Of a DNA stretch of 64,000 bases, positions 46,886 through 56,859 are shown piece by piece. The notes under the pieces were generated by a model that saw nothing but the letters and a program-made list of their open reading frames with translations, made no database searches and was not told where the DNA came from. This stretch comes from an uncultured virus (IMG/VR IMGVR_UViG_3300028797_000105) (lineage: Duplodnaviria > Heunggongvirae > Uroviricota > Caudoviricetes), in IMG/VR virus record IMGVR_UViG_3300028797_000105; one strand, written 5' to 3'. Each line of letters begins with the position of its first letter. Position 1 is the first letter of the stretch. A program made the translations under genes and the position numbers.

Positions 46886-48625
46886 ATGGCAGAATACACG
46901 CTTGATGATTTAAGGATTGGCCAAGTTCTCGAACCAACTATAAAAACCGAGAAACTCATCATTCCGAACTCGGAATCTGGTGATGAACACGCCATACAAA
47001 AAGATAACGTTGATAGTTTTGGAGATGAGTCAAAACGATATGCGTTTATTCCTATGATTCGTATGAACAAATCCTATGTTGTGCAACCGCAGAACATTGT
47101 GAAGTTCAAAATGATATTCACCGATTTCATACCTTCGCTGCTTCTTGAAGTGGCAGACCCGAACAACGAGATAAAGAGCAAGTATTATCCTACTGACGGT
47201 TCTATAATCAGCGTGTTTATAGCATCAATAGGTGATGAAAAGGTATACCGACCGATAAGGCTTGACTATCTGATAACAAACTGCACGGAAAAGGGAAGCC
47301 AGCAGGGTTCTGTTGTTACTGGCAGTTTGAGCTCGTTTTCAATAACCGCACAACTCAATGTTCCAAAATTGTATTACAGAAAAAATATGTTTTGCAGCGG
47401 AACGTCCTATGAATCGCTTTATGACATTGCGGAGGAACTCGGTCTTGGCTTTGCTTCAAATGTTGATAACACGGATGATGCGCAGTTATGGGTGAACGGA
47501 TATTATTCTGTTGAAACCTTTATGAAGGACATCGCCCGCCACGCCTATTTGGACGATGATTCGTTTTTTGCTGCATTTATCGACCCTTACTATAATCTGA
47601 ATTTTGTTGAAGTTTCAAGACTGTTCTCGCAAATACAAGAGAATGAATCTTGTTACGCATATAAGAGTGTTTATTATTCGGAAGAAAACTCGGAGCAGGA
47701 ATACGACATAAACACCGTTGAAGATGAAGACCAAGACATAAACGATTGGAAAGGCAGACGGCACAAATTCCATTATGAATTAAACAACAGCAAATATCTT
47801 TCTGGATGGACACCATACTATGAAAACTACACCGAGATAAACTCCCCAGGCAGCTCACTCTTTGACGGCTATGTTAAATATGCCCAATGGTGGAAATATA
47901 CATCGCAGGAGTTTATTGACATACCAGTTACAGTCAATAACTTGAATACGGAAGGTATGCTTCCGCTTAACAAGGGCAGACTTGTTGATGGCAACGCATC
48001 TGAACTTGTTGAAAATTTGAAAACATACACGTTCAACGGCGTGGTTAATGACCATATGGGCGACAATTATTATTATGCTGAAGTGAACAATCGTATGAAC
48101 TTGAATGATATGTCAAAGTTCGGTATGACCGTTGAACTCCCAGTTATAAACCCAGCCATAACTTTGTATTCAAGAATAAAACTCATAGTGTTTGAAAAAA
48201 ACGATATGGGACAAGCCGCATTGACGGAAAACCCGAAAATGACAGAGGATTCCGTTTTGGAAAATGAAAAGGGCGAAACACTGAAACTGAAAGACCACCC
48301 AGAAATGCAGAGTGACACAACTCCGAGATTTGACCTTGATACTGAAGAAGGAAAAGAGGCTGCTAAAAAGGCTGGTGTGTATTCCGAACTTGCCACAAAC
48401 GGCGCAGCCGACCCTTTGAACAAAGCAAATGAAACATTGAACGAGAGCTTGAGCGGTTGGTATGTCGTAACTGGGTTTGAGATTTATATGGGTGAAACTA
48501 ATACGGACAACCCGAACAAACTTATGCAGAAAGTATATTTGAGCAGAAGGGAATACAAACCAGCATTGAAATCCAACTATATGGATGTGCGAACAAACAA
48601 AGAGCAGACTGCCGAAAACAAATAA
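46886..48625 (+). CDS. Putative tail/baseplate-hub-like structural protein
   Basis: 579 aa, late operon; IAEELGLGFASN and C-terminal SGWYVV..LSRRE resemble hub-type proteins. Confidence 0.55.
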   Translation: MAEYTLDDLRIGQVLEPTIKTEKLIIPNSESGDEHAIQKDNVDSFGDESKRYAFIPMIRMNKSYVVQPQNIVKFKMIFTDFIPSLLLEVADPNNEIKSKYYPTDGSIISVFIASIGDEKVYRPIRLDYLITNCTEKGSQQGSVVTGSLSSFSITAQLNVPKLYYRKNMFCSGTSYESLYDIAEELGLGFASNVDNTDDAQLWVNGYYSVETFMKDIARHAYLDDDSFFAAFIDPYYNLNFVEVSRLFSQIQENESCYAYKSVYYSEENSEQEYDINTVEDEDQDINDWKGRRHKFHYELNNSKYLSGWTPYYENYTEINSPGSSLFDGYVKYAQWWKYTSQEFIDIPVTVNNLNTEGMLPLNKGRLVDGNASELVENLKTYTFNGVVNDHMGDNYYYAEVNNRMNLNDMSKFGMTVELPVINPAITLYSRIKLIVFEKNDMGQAALTENPKMTEDSVLENEKGETLKLKDHPEMQSDTTPRFDLDTEEGKEAAKKAGVYSELATNGAADPLNKANETLNESLSGWYVVTGFEIYMGETNTDNPNKLMQKVYLSRREYKPALKSNYMDVRTNKEQTAENK

Positions 48626-48656
48626 CAAAAAAGCCAATCAAACGATTGGCTTTTTC
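48626..48656. terminator. Bidirectional terminator
   Basis: AAAAAGCCAATC-AAAC-GATTGGCTTTTT. Confidence 0.8.
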
Positions 48657-48797
48657 TTTACTCTTGAACTATTACTGGCGTTCCGCTGTCTGTATAGACC
48701 GTGTTGTCTGGACTCATAGTCCATCCGTTGATGTCGCCATTAAGTTCTTCGTATTCGGATTTTTTGTTTTCGTTTTCGTCCATAATATGTTTCAATG

Positions 48798-49148
48798 TTA
48801 TTCTTGTTCAAACAATCTGTCAAGGAACGGGATTGTTTCTTCATTGTAATACACAAGCATAAAATCTATGTCTGCATAAATCTCACCGTTTTCGTCAATG
48901 ATTTTGACTTTGTATGTCTTTTGCGTTTCGCCAGAAGTCACTTCCATTGTTCCGTTACACGTTTCACGCATACCGTTGCAATTATAGACGAAATCGCTAA
49001 AGTCAACTATTTCATTCGGTTTGTATTCTGTATTTCCAAATGTGTCTTTAACCAACACGCTTAAATCGTCATCATTGATAACATTGTTCAAAAACGATTC
49101 TTGGTTGTCAATACTAAATCTTTCATTAAGTCTTTTAATGTGTACCAT
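48798..49148 (-). CDS. Hypothetical late protein
   Basis: MVHIKRLNE N-terminus; TATAAATA at 49175-49182. Confidence 0.65.
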   Translation of the reverse strand: MVHIKRLNERFSIDNQESFLNNVINDDDLSVLVKDTFGNTEYKPNEIVDFSDFVYNCNGMRETCNGTMEVTSGETQKTYKVKIIDENGEIYADIDFMLVYYNEETIPFLDRLFEQE

Positions 49149-49199
49149 ATTGCTATTTTATATTTTTCTTGTATTATTTATAAAACAAAAAACGGCAAA

Positions 49200-49472
49200 C
49201 TATTGTTCGCCGTCATTGTTTTCAAATACGCCCATAGATTTTTTTGCGTAGTCGTAGTATTTTCCAATGTCCTCGTCTGGAACATTTGTTGTGTTGTTTT
49301 GTTTCAGTTCTTCCAATGCGGCAATGATTTTTTCAAGATGCCCTTTATTTGCGGCTTCGGATTCTGGTGTCATATTGGAGTCTGCACTTATCAGAGAACC
49401 GAGCACAAAGTACATCATATTTTCATTGTGCATTGTTTCAACTAATTTTTTGTAATCAACCTTTTTTGTCAT
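49200..49472 (-). CDS. Hypothetical protein
   Basis: 90 aa; ATGA-type overlap. Confidence 0.6.
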   Translation of the reverse strand: MTKKVDYKKLVETMHNENMMYFVLGSLISADSNMTPESEAANKGHLEKIIAALEELKQNNTTNVPDEDIGKYYDYAKKSMGVFENNDGEQ

Positions 49473-49867
49473 ATATTATTTTTTAAGTATTTATCAAGGT
49501 TTTCTGAACGCTCTCTTTCAGCCGCCATACCTGCACAAAATGCTGTATGAACAATGTCCCAAGACGGCTCGTTGCCAGCGGATTTCACACCATTGACATA
49601 TACATCGGCAAGTGTGTCGTTACTTACATAAGGTTCGTCTTTTGCAAAGAACTCACGCACCTCACGTTCATCCTTGAACACGCCACCCACTTGATTGCCG
49701 TCTTTGTCTGTGACAGTTATGCCGACAATGGTGAGGTCATCCATATCTTTGAACTCAATGTCTGCATTATAACCTTCTGGAACGCAGCATTGTCTGTTTA
49801 TTTCTTTTTGTAGAACGCCAATCAAAAGGTCATCCCAATTTTCGTATTTTTCTTTGAAGTTTTCCAT
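49469..49867 (-). CDS. Hypothetical protein
   Basis: Likely start MENFKEK. Confidence 0.6.
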   Translation of the reverse strand: MENFKEKYENWDDLLIGVLQKEINRQCCVPEGYNADIEFKDMDDLTIVGITVTDKDGNQVGGVFKDEREVREFFAKDEPYVSNDTLADVYVNGVKSAGNEPSWDIVHTAFCAGMAAERERSENLDKYLKNNI

Positions 49868-49868
49868 A

Positions 49869-50165
49869 TCATAAGTATATTTTATTTTCAAATCCTGGTA
49901 TTTCGATACTGCAATATCCGACAAGCAGCACATTATTGTTCGCTCTGAAAAAATCGTGATTAAGGATTGTTATTGTTGGAAATATCTGCAAGATTTCAAT
50001 TTTATCTTCAGTCACCTTTTCATCACGGAATTTCTCACGATTATACACGGTTTTTGTGCTGCGAATAATGCAGAAGAAATAAGTGCCTTTCCTTTTCAAG
50101 AAATTGACCGTATCTTCATTCAACGGCATTGGTTTTTTAGGATATTCAAACTCAACTTTCATCAC
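49869..50165 (-). CDS. Hypothetical protein
   Basis: 98 aa, overlaps the Thg1 stop. Confidence 0.5.
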   Translation of the reverse strand: MMKVEFEYPKKPMPLNEDTVNFLKRKGTYFFCIIRSTKTVYNREKFRDEKVTEDKIEILQIFPTITILNHDFFRANNNVLLVGYCSIEIPGFENKIYL

Positions 50166-51013
50166 TCTGGCATTCTAATCCATTTTTCAATATGTTCTCG
50201 GTCTTGTGTCAGAATTGGCATATTGTAGTCAATGCCCCATCTTGAACGTGTAGCACCATCTTCCTCGTAAGTGGCCTTGTAGCAGGAACATCCACGTTTG
50301 TATCTGACTGGGTAATTGTTCCAGTTCACATTATGCCTTTCCATAAGCATATCTTGGATGTCGCTGTTGTTCTTTTTGTGAAGTTCGCTATGGCTGAAAA
50401 ATGAGCGGCCAACCATTTCAACGCTGTTGCGGGTTGCGTCCTGCTGTCTCCATAAAACGCAGTTTGTCACCTCCTCAACTGGAACATTGAAACATCTCGC
50501 ATCAAACATAGCTGGTTTCTCAAGACATTTTGCATATTTGGCATACAGTTGTTCAGCCTTTGCAAAATCATCAATGTAGTACGTTTTCTTCAAACTTTCG
50601 CCGTCAGTGCCAGCGCAGTTGTATAAAACCTCATAGAACTTGGAGACCTCGCTCTTGAAGTTCATATTGAAATATGCGGTTGCCATAGATGCCGCAATAC
50701 TGCAAACTTTCTGCACCTCATTGTCAAACCAAGCACTGCTGTTCAGTTTCTGGTAGTCGTTAAGAACGAGTGTGATTTCATCGGATTGTGTGTAACCGAA
50801 AACACAACCTTGCACATTCTCGCACAGCCGCAGCATAGTCATATCCATAGCGTTTGACAGAACACGGTCAAACGGCTTGTTAAAACCTTTGGTGAATGAA
50901 TGGAACGCCTTGCCGTCAATTCTGATAATGACTGGTGTTCTTCTCAACATTTTGAATTTGTAACGGGCTTCATAGTTTTCTTTCATTCTGTCGCCCAAGC
51001 TGTCTTTATTCAT
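50162..51013 (-). CDS. thg1: tRNA(His) guanylyltransferase / Thg1-like 3'-5' polymerase
   Basis: IRIDGKAFHSFT, YTQSDEI, FDARCF, WRQQDATRNS. Confidence 0.95.
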   Translation of the reverse strand: MNKDSLGDRMKENYEARYKFKMLRRTPVIIRIDGKAFHSFTKGFNKPFDRVLSNAMDMTMLRLCENVQGCVFGYTQSDEITLVLNDYQKLNSSAWFDNEVQKVCSIAASMATAYFNMNFKSEVSKFYEVLYNCAGTDGESLKKTYYIDDFAKAEQLYAKYAKCLEKPAMFDARCFNVPVEEVTNCVLWRQQDATRNSVEMVGRSFFSHSELHKKNNSDIQDMLMERHNVNWNNYPVRYKRGCSCYKATYEEDGATRSRWGIDYNMPILTQDREHIEKWIRMPE

Positions 51014-51031
51014 ATCGTTTTATTTTAAGTG

Positions 51032-51484
51032 TTATTCAAGTTCTTTCAGTTTGTTTTTCAGATTGCTGATTTTGGTTTTCATATCAGCAATCATATTTTT
51101 TACAATTGACGATTGATATTTTTTACATTCTTTTCTGAACGTTTCTTCTGCATCATCTTCAATCCACTTCAACGGTATTTCCAAGCATTCGGTATAGTGT
51201 TCACCACGGCAGCAATCACTATAATAGAACTTAAGCGTGTCATCTTCTTCATTATATCCGACAAAATCATCAATGTCGCCACGAGTATTCATATAATCTC
51301 CCCACGAAAACATACACGAGCATACTTGCTTATATTGCATATCAATGTCGTAAAACTTTGATATGATTGGTGTGAATATCTCAATGAGTTTGTTTTTGGC
51401 TGCTCTTGTTTCCTTTTTGGAATCACTTTTTGTCTTGGCAACCAACTCAAGTATATAATCTCTTGTGATTTTCTTCTCTTTCAT
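51032..51484 (-). CDS. Hypothetical protein
   Basis: Likely start MKEKKIT. Confidence 0.6.
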   Translation of the reverse strand: MKEKKITRDYILELVAKTKSDSKKETRAAKNKLIEIFTPIISKFYDIDMQYKQVCSCMFSWGDYMNTRGDIDDFVGYNEEDDTLKFYYSDCCRGEHYTECLEIPLKWIEDDAEETFRKECKKYQSSIVKNMIADMKTKISNLKNKLKELE

Positions 51485-51485
51485 A

Positions 51486-54400
51486 CTACAATAAGGTTTT
51501 AAGATAATTGTCAAATTGTTCCATTTCCATATACCTTCCGAGTGCGTTGTAATCTTCTGGTGTCATATCTTCTTTGTCGGATGACGGGATAATCTCCCAC
51601 AAATCGTCCATTCTCTTATCAACATATTCAGCAATCTTTTTAATTGCATTATCATTTGTAATGTAACCGATTTTTTTGAAACTTTCAGCAGCAACATTAG
51701 CATCAACAGTAACCCACTCGTCTTGTTCATTCAGATAAATGTTTTTTTCTTGGTTATATACATAGATGTAATTTTTTATGAAATGCTGCACTTCGTTTTT
51801 ATCACTTTGCTCACTAATGTCTTTCACACAGATTACATAGCTGTTAATCGGATGCACTTCGCAAAGTTCACCATCAACAGCATTTTTATATGTGTCATAT
51901 TTTAGTATGATGCGAAAATGTTCGTCCATTTCCTTTTCTGTTATTGTCCAGCTCGGTGCATCCTTGCCAAATATATAAACCATTCCGTCATTCAATACAT
52001 TGAAGTTGTAACATTCAGACCTATGGAAAACAATAGCACCTTTATTCACATAATCTTTTACACACACAACCCAGTTGCTTTTGCTGTCAAACCCACAGTA
52101 TTCTTCAACAGTTTTCGTTTTATCATTATACGCATATCCTTTTTCTCCAGCCTTGACAATAAGGATGTCTTTCTGTCTTTTTGTTGCTGGCCAAACCGTA
52201 TCTTCTGTAGTGAACTTATTTGTCGGGTCTATGCAAATCATAAACGCATAATCTTCGTCAGTGGTTTTGTAAACACCAAAGTCGGCACAAGGGTGGGAAT
52301 CACAAAGACGGCCATTATATTTGAAAATTCGACTTCCGCTTGCGGATGCAAGAATATCCCCGCACTTGGCCATACTAAAATCCCATTTCTTATATGTGGA
52401 ATCCACAGTATTTATCGTTTCGCCTTTGCAGTCATCAAACTGGTATGTGTATTCCGTAATTGTGTTGATTTTGTGTGCATCACCATTTTCATCAACAACC
52501 CATTCGCCAAGGTCAAAGCGATGCGGCTTTATGGTTGTGTGCTGTTTAGTGTCGCATTTGGAACAATCTTGTTTGGCTGTGCTACTATTAGTATCAACAT
52601 CTTCCATATTGTCTGATTTCAATTTGGCGTAGTGCTCTTTGACATAAGACAAGAAGTTAAACCCACCGCTTTTGAAATGACACATATCCTTTGTTATGGC
52701 AGAAATTTCTTCAACGCTTCTTGTCATTCTGTGAATGATTTTATCGCCAACTTTAAAATCGTCATCCTCAATGTTTTTCCAAAACAACACAACTTTTTTA
52801 TTAGAATCCCATTTGTATCCGTGTTCGGCAATAGTTTCCGTAAATTTCTTTATTTCTTGCGGTGTTGCTGGGAATATGCCGTCAGATGCAAGTATGCGTC
52901 CAATAATTGCACCTTCAGAAACGGTAAACCTATTGTTGTTTGTATTCAGTTTACAATACAGATTGATGTCGCCATCTTCATCAACAGATTTGAAAATTCC
53001 GATTTCACCATAACTGGATGTGACATACATTCCGTCACGCAGGTCGTTCACACCAAATTTGTGATAGTATTTGTATGTATCAAGAACCGATTTCGTATAA
53101 GGTTTCTCACTCCCATTTACAAGAATGAAATTTTTGCTGTCTCTGTTATACGACTGCACGAATACAATATCGCCACTTTTGTTGTTTACGATATAGTCAC
53201 CGTCATCAATATACAATTCGTCTGGTATCTGGCTGCGCTTGGCTTTTTCAAAAATGCGGTTAATATCATCGCTGTGGAAAATGTGTGCTCCTTTTCCCTC
53301 ACCGATGATTGCGTTGCATTTATACGGCATATAACAATGTCCTTTCAAAAAGCAAGGTGCGGTCGCACCATAAGACGTGTAGTCCACTTTACAAACATAC
53401 CAGCATCCGATTTCAAATGCGGATGGCAGATAAATCAAATCCTTTGTCGTTCCATCCCATTTGTAACCAAGGGATTCCATTTTTTCGATAAGGTTTTCTT
53501 GTTCAAATTTTGTCGCTGGATGCCAGTTGTCGGATTTACGCAATTCATACGTAAATTCAGTTGAGCGTATACGACCATCATACCAGTCATATCCGAAACG
53601 GAAAGTTACACGCAGATTGCCAGTCTCACTATGTCCTTTCATAGTATTCTTATACATAGCGACAAATTTCTCGTTTGCCAGAATGTCACAATCCCGTGCA
53701 TCATCAATAGTCCATAATCTGTAAACGGAATCAACATATTCAATATCGCCTTTCCAGAAACCGAGTTTCTCGTTTCCGTTTCTACCATCGCTTGTTGAAT
53801 ATTTGCCGTTTTCAATTTCACAGATTCGTCTGACCGAATTGTCATCGTTTGATATAATCCAGTCATTGAGTTTGAACTTCGGATGCCTGCACATAACAGA
53901 TTTCTTTTTGTCAAAAAAGAGTCCGCAATCTTCCATTCTGGAAGCAAGCAATTTTGCTTCATCATCCGAAGCTGGATACCAGTTTGTCGGATTGAACCCA
54001 CCGACTTCCGTATCGTTGAATACATTGTTTTTCATATCATACACACACAGCAAGTACATACATCCGCAACTGATTGTTGGAACATAATCGCTTTCTTTGA
54101 ATACACCGACCAGTTTTCCGTCAGAAACAATATCACCGATTTTAGCGTCACGAATGTTCCACAATCGGAGACCTTTATCATCGGTTTTGTAAAAGCCACC
54201 GTTTTTGTCATAGTATTTTCCGTTTTCGATTTTATCAATTTTCAATATGTCGCCCCACAATTCGTGAATTAAGACATCGCCAACCTTGAAATCCGAATGT
54301 TGGCTTATGATATGATTTTTGTGTGTATCGGAATCGCCTTTACTACTTGTTGCATAATCATAACCGATTTTGTCAAGTTCGTGCGACAACTCCATTCTTT

Positions 54401-54827
54401 CATTAAACGATGCAAACCTGCAAAGTTTAGTGTATATTCCACTGCAATGATTTATGTATGAATATGTGACAGCATATCCGTGTCTATCAACGGCTTCATC
54501 ATTACTGACAAGGTAATATGTTTCATTTGTTTCTTCGTTGAATATGTAATGACCAACTTTAAACAAAGCAAGCTGCCAATCATCCCAACGTTGCATTACT
54601 CGTGATGGGAAAAGCATACAATCGCAATCCTCAAAATCCGCAAAGTATCTTCCGTCATCGGTAAACTGCTGGGTTTCTCCGAGCGAGTTCATAACTTCTA
54701 TCGTATATGGGAAGTCTTGCGGCGATGCGATTCCAACAAATTCAACATCACCAAAAATCGGACTGTAAAGTTTGATTCCAGACGGAGCGTTCTTTAAAAT
54801 TTCAGAAAGTTTCAGTTCTTTGTTCAT
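51486..54827 (-). CDS. 1113-aa modular repeat protein of unknown function
   Basis: Four modules W.I.DA..GD....PAT.....L......GY.WD; N-domain shared with 33768-34871. Confidence 0.8.
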   Translation of the reverse strand: MNKELKLSEILKNAPSGIKLYSPIFGDVEFVGIASPQDFPYTIEVMNSLGETQQFTDDGRYFADFEDCDCMLFPSRVMQRWDDWQLALFKVGHYIFNEETNETYYLVSNDEAVDRHGYAVTYSYINHCSGIYTKLCRFASFNERMELSHELDKIGYDYATSSKGDSDTHKNHIISQHSDFKVGDVLIHELWGDILKIDKIENGKYYDKNGGFYKTDDKGLRLWNIRDAKIGDIVSDGKLVGVFKESDYVPTISCGCMYLLCVYDMKNNVFNDTEVGGFNPTNWYPASDDEAKLLASRMEDCGLFFDKKKSVMCRHPKFKLNDWIISNDDNSVRRICEIENGKYSTSDGRNGNEKLGFWKGDIEYVDSVYRLWTIDDARDCDILANEKFVAMYKNTMKGHSETGNLRVTFRFGYDWYDGRIRSTEFTYELRKSDNWHPATKFEQENLIEKMESLGYKWDGTTKDLIYLPSAFEIGCWYVCKVDYTSYGATAPCFLKGHCYMPYKCNAIIGEGKGAHIFHSDDINRIFEKAKRSQIPDELYIDDGDYIVNNKSGDIVFVQSYNRDSKNFILVNGSEKPYTKSVLDTYKYYHKFGVNDLRDGMYVTSSYGEIGIFKSVDEDGDINLYCKLNTNNNRFTVSEGAIIGRILASDGIFPATPQEIKKFTETIAEHGYKWDSNKKVVLFWKNIEDDDFKVGDKIIHRMTRSVEEISAITKDMCHFKSGGFNFLSYVKEHYAKLKSDNMEDVDTNSSTAKQDCSKCDTKQHTTIKPHRFDLGEWVVDENGDAHKINTITEYTYQFDDCKGETINTVDSTYKKWDFSMAKCGDILASASGSRIFKYNGRLCDSHPCADFGVYKTTDEDYAFMICIDPTNKFTTEDTVWPATKRQKDILIVKAGEKGYAYNDKTKTVEEYCGFDSKSNWVVCVKDYVNKGAIVFHRSECYNFNVLNDGMVYIFGKDAPSWTITEKEMDEHFRIILKYDTYKNAVDGELCEVHPINSYVICVKDISEQSDKNEVQHFIKNYIYVYNQEKNIYLNEQDEWVTVDANVAAESFKKIGYITNDNAIKKIAEYVDKRMDDLWEIIPSSDKEDMTPEDYNALGRYMEMEQFDNYLKTLL

Positions 54828-54836
54828 ATTCTTTGC

Positions 54837-56246
54837 TTATTGTTTGTTATCGTTTTTGTATTTTTCCAGAATGTATGCAACCACTTTGTCGTGGTCATTT
54901 TCAAGGTTTCCGTCAAGAATGGCGTTTTTGATATCCTCCTTGATAACACCAACCATACGGCAGGGTGTAAGATTGAACATAGCCATAATCTCATCGCCGT
55001 TTACTGGCGGCTGGAAGTTTCTGATGTGGTCTCGTTCCTCAAGGTCAATGAACTTTTCTTTCAAATGCTCAAACCCATCACGAATACGCTTTACCTTCGC
55101 ATCGTTCTTTGAAGTCACATCACCCATACACAAAAGCATAAGGTCTTCAAGTTCATCGCCAGCGTCAAACATAAGCCTGCGGATTGCGGAATCTGTTACA
55201 TCCTCAACGATTGTTTGCGGTCGCATATGCATCTCAACGAGTTTGCGAACAACTTTCATATCGTCAAGTGGAAGTTTCAGTTCATTGAAAATGCCTTCAA
55301 CCATTTTAGCACCGACAGACTCGTGGTATCTGAAAGTCCAAGTGCCGTCCTCAAACTTTCTTGTCTTGGTTTTACCAATGTCGTGCAGCAAAGCAGCCCA
55401 ACGGACATTCAGACTTCCTCCGTGGTCGGCCACATATTTCAAAACGCCGAGCGTATGGAAAAAGTTGTTCTTATGCGATACCGATGCTTGTGTTTTAACA
55501 TCGTCAAGTGCGGAAACACTTGGCAAGAACATATTGAGCAGACCAGTGTCGTGCAATGCGTGGATTCCCCTCGCAGGATTTGGCGACATAAGGATTTTGT
55601 TTAATTCTGTTGTTATGCGCTCGGCTGATATGATTTTCAAACGGCCAGCGTTACGCTTGATGCCTTCATAAGTTTGTTCGTCAATATCAAAATTGAATCT
55701 GACAGCAAAACGGATTGCACGAAGCATACGCAACGGGTCATCTGAAAACGTAATGTCTGGGTCAAGCGGAGTGCGGATAATGCCTTTTGCAATGTCTTGC
55801 TGCCCATTGAACTTATCAACAATGCCATCACGACCTTTGTTCACGCAATATGCGATTGCGTTGATTGTCAAGTCACGTCTGTTGAGGTCATCGTCCAGCG
55901 TTCCGTTTTCAACAACTGGCTTCCTGCTACCACGGTCATAACTTTCTTTGCGTGCCCCGACAAATTCGGCCTCAACACCTTTGTAAGTAAATTGTGCAGT
56001 TCCAAAATTCTTAAACTCACGGACTTCAGAAACACCGAGTTTCTTTGCGGCAAGGTTTGCGACACAAATACCAGCACGGACATTTTTGCTTTCTGTAGGA
56101 TTTCCGACACACACAAAATCTATGTCATCTGATGGTGTTTGCATAATCATATCACGGACATAGCCGCCTACTATGTATGCGGAATATCCGAGTTCGTCTG
56201 CTGCCTCGCCGACAGTCTTAATGATAATTTCCTTGTTGTTTTTCAT
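54837..56246 (-). CDS. cca: tRNA nucleotidyltransferase (CCA-adding, class II) with HD domain
   Basis: VGGYVRD, DIDF, RRDLTINA, DDPLRMLRAIRF, SAERI, LLHDIGK. Confidence 0.93.
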   Translation of the reverse strand: MKNNKEIIIKTVGEAADELGYSAYIVGGYVRDMIMQTPSDDIDFVCVGNPTESKNVRAGICVANLAAKKLGVSEVREFKNFGTAQFTYKGVEAEFVGARKESYDRGSRKPVVENGTLDDDLNRRDLTINAIAYCVNKGRDGIVDKFNGQQDIAKGIIRTPLDPDITFSDDPLRMLRAIRFAVRFNFDIDEQTYEGIKRNAGRLKIISAERITTELNKILMSPNPARGIHALHDTGLLNMFLPSVSALDDVKTQASVSHKNNFFHTLGVLKYVADHGGSLNVRWAALLHDIGKTKTRKFEDGTWTFRYHESVGAKMVEGIFNELKLPLDDMKVVRKLVEMHMRPQTIVEDVTDSAIRRLMFDAGDELEDLMLLCMGDVTSKNDAKVKRIRDGFEHLKEKFIDLEERDHIRNFQPPVNGDEIMAMFNLTPCRMVGVIKEDIKNAILDGNLENDHDKVVAYILEKYKNDNKQ

Positions 56247-56266
56247 TTTTGCTATTTTATTACGCT

Positions 56267-56334
56267 GCAAAAATACAACATTTTTTGATACTATATAATA
56301 TGTTCATAAAAAAGTTATCAACAAAGTTATTAAC
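56267..56334 (-). promoter_or_regulatory. Host-type promoter with tandem 12-mer, copy 8
   Basis: TATTTTTGC plus AAGTTATCAACA-AAGTTATTAACT. Confidence 0.75.
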
Positions 56335-56813
56335 TATTTCTGCTCATACTTTGTTCTTGTCTTTTTAAGTTTTTCCCAGTCATAGTTGCGAAGTCCGTCA
56401 AGTCCGTTGATTGTGGCATACCTTCCGTTTTCAATCATAAGGCTTGTGATAAACTGCGGAACTTTATATTCTGGGTCTGGTTCGTGCAAGTGCGGGTGCG
56501 GTATGTCAACCACAAACACCTTTTTGCCAGAAGCAAAAGCATATCCAGCCTCCCAAGAGCACCCAGCGGTTGTCCGTTCACGTCCGTAATTGAGGAACAC
56601 AACATAATCGCAATCGTCAATGGCCGATAGGTCGTTCTGGAAAACCATAAGTCCCCATTCATTGTTTGGATAATCCCAAGCGTTCTTTATGACGTGCTCC
56701 ATAGGAACATACACATCACGGAATGTTTCACGCAATATCTGCGCCGCACCAATAATGCTTTCTCTGAAATCCGCATCCATAGAAGATGCCAAGTATATTT
56801 TTTCGTCTCTCAT
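56334..56813 (-). CDS. Nucleoside 2-deoxyribosyltransferase / N-glycosidase family protein
   Basis: KIYLAS, FQNDLSAIDDCD, GCSWEAGYAFASGK. Confidence 0.85.
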   Translation of the reverse strand: MRDEKIYLASSMDADFRESIIGAAQILRETFRDVYVPMEHVIKNAWDYPNNEWGLMVFQNDLSAIDDCDYVVFLNYGRERTTAGCSWEAGYAFASGKKVFVVDIPHPHLHEPDPEYKVPQFITSLMIENGRYATINGLDGLRNYDWEKLKKTRTKYEQK

Positions 56814-56859
56814 ACTTTAATATAATAAAAAATCTAAAACAATATATAATTTGTTGTTC

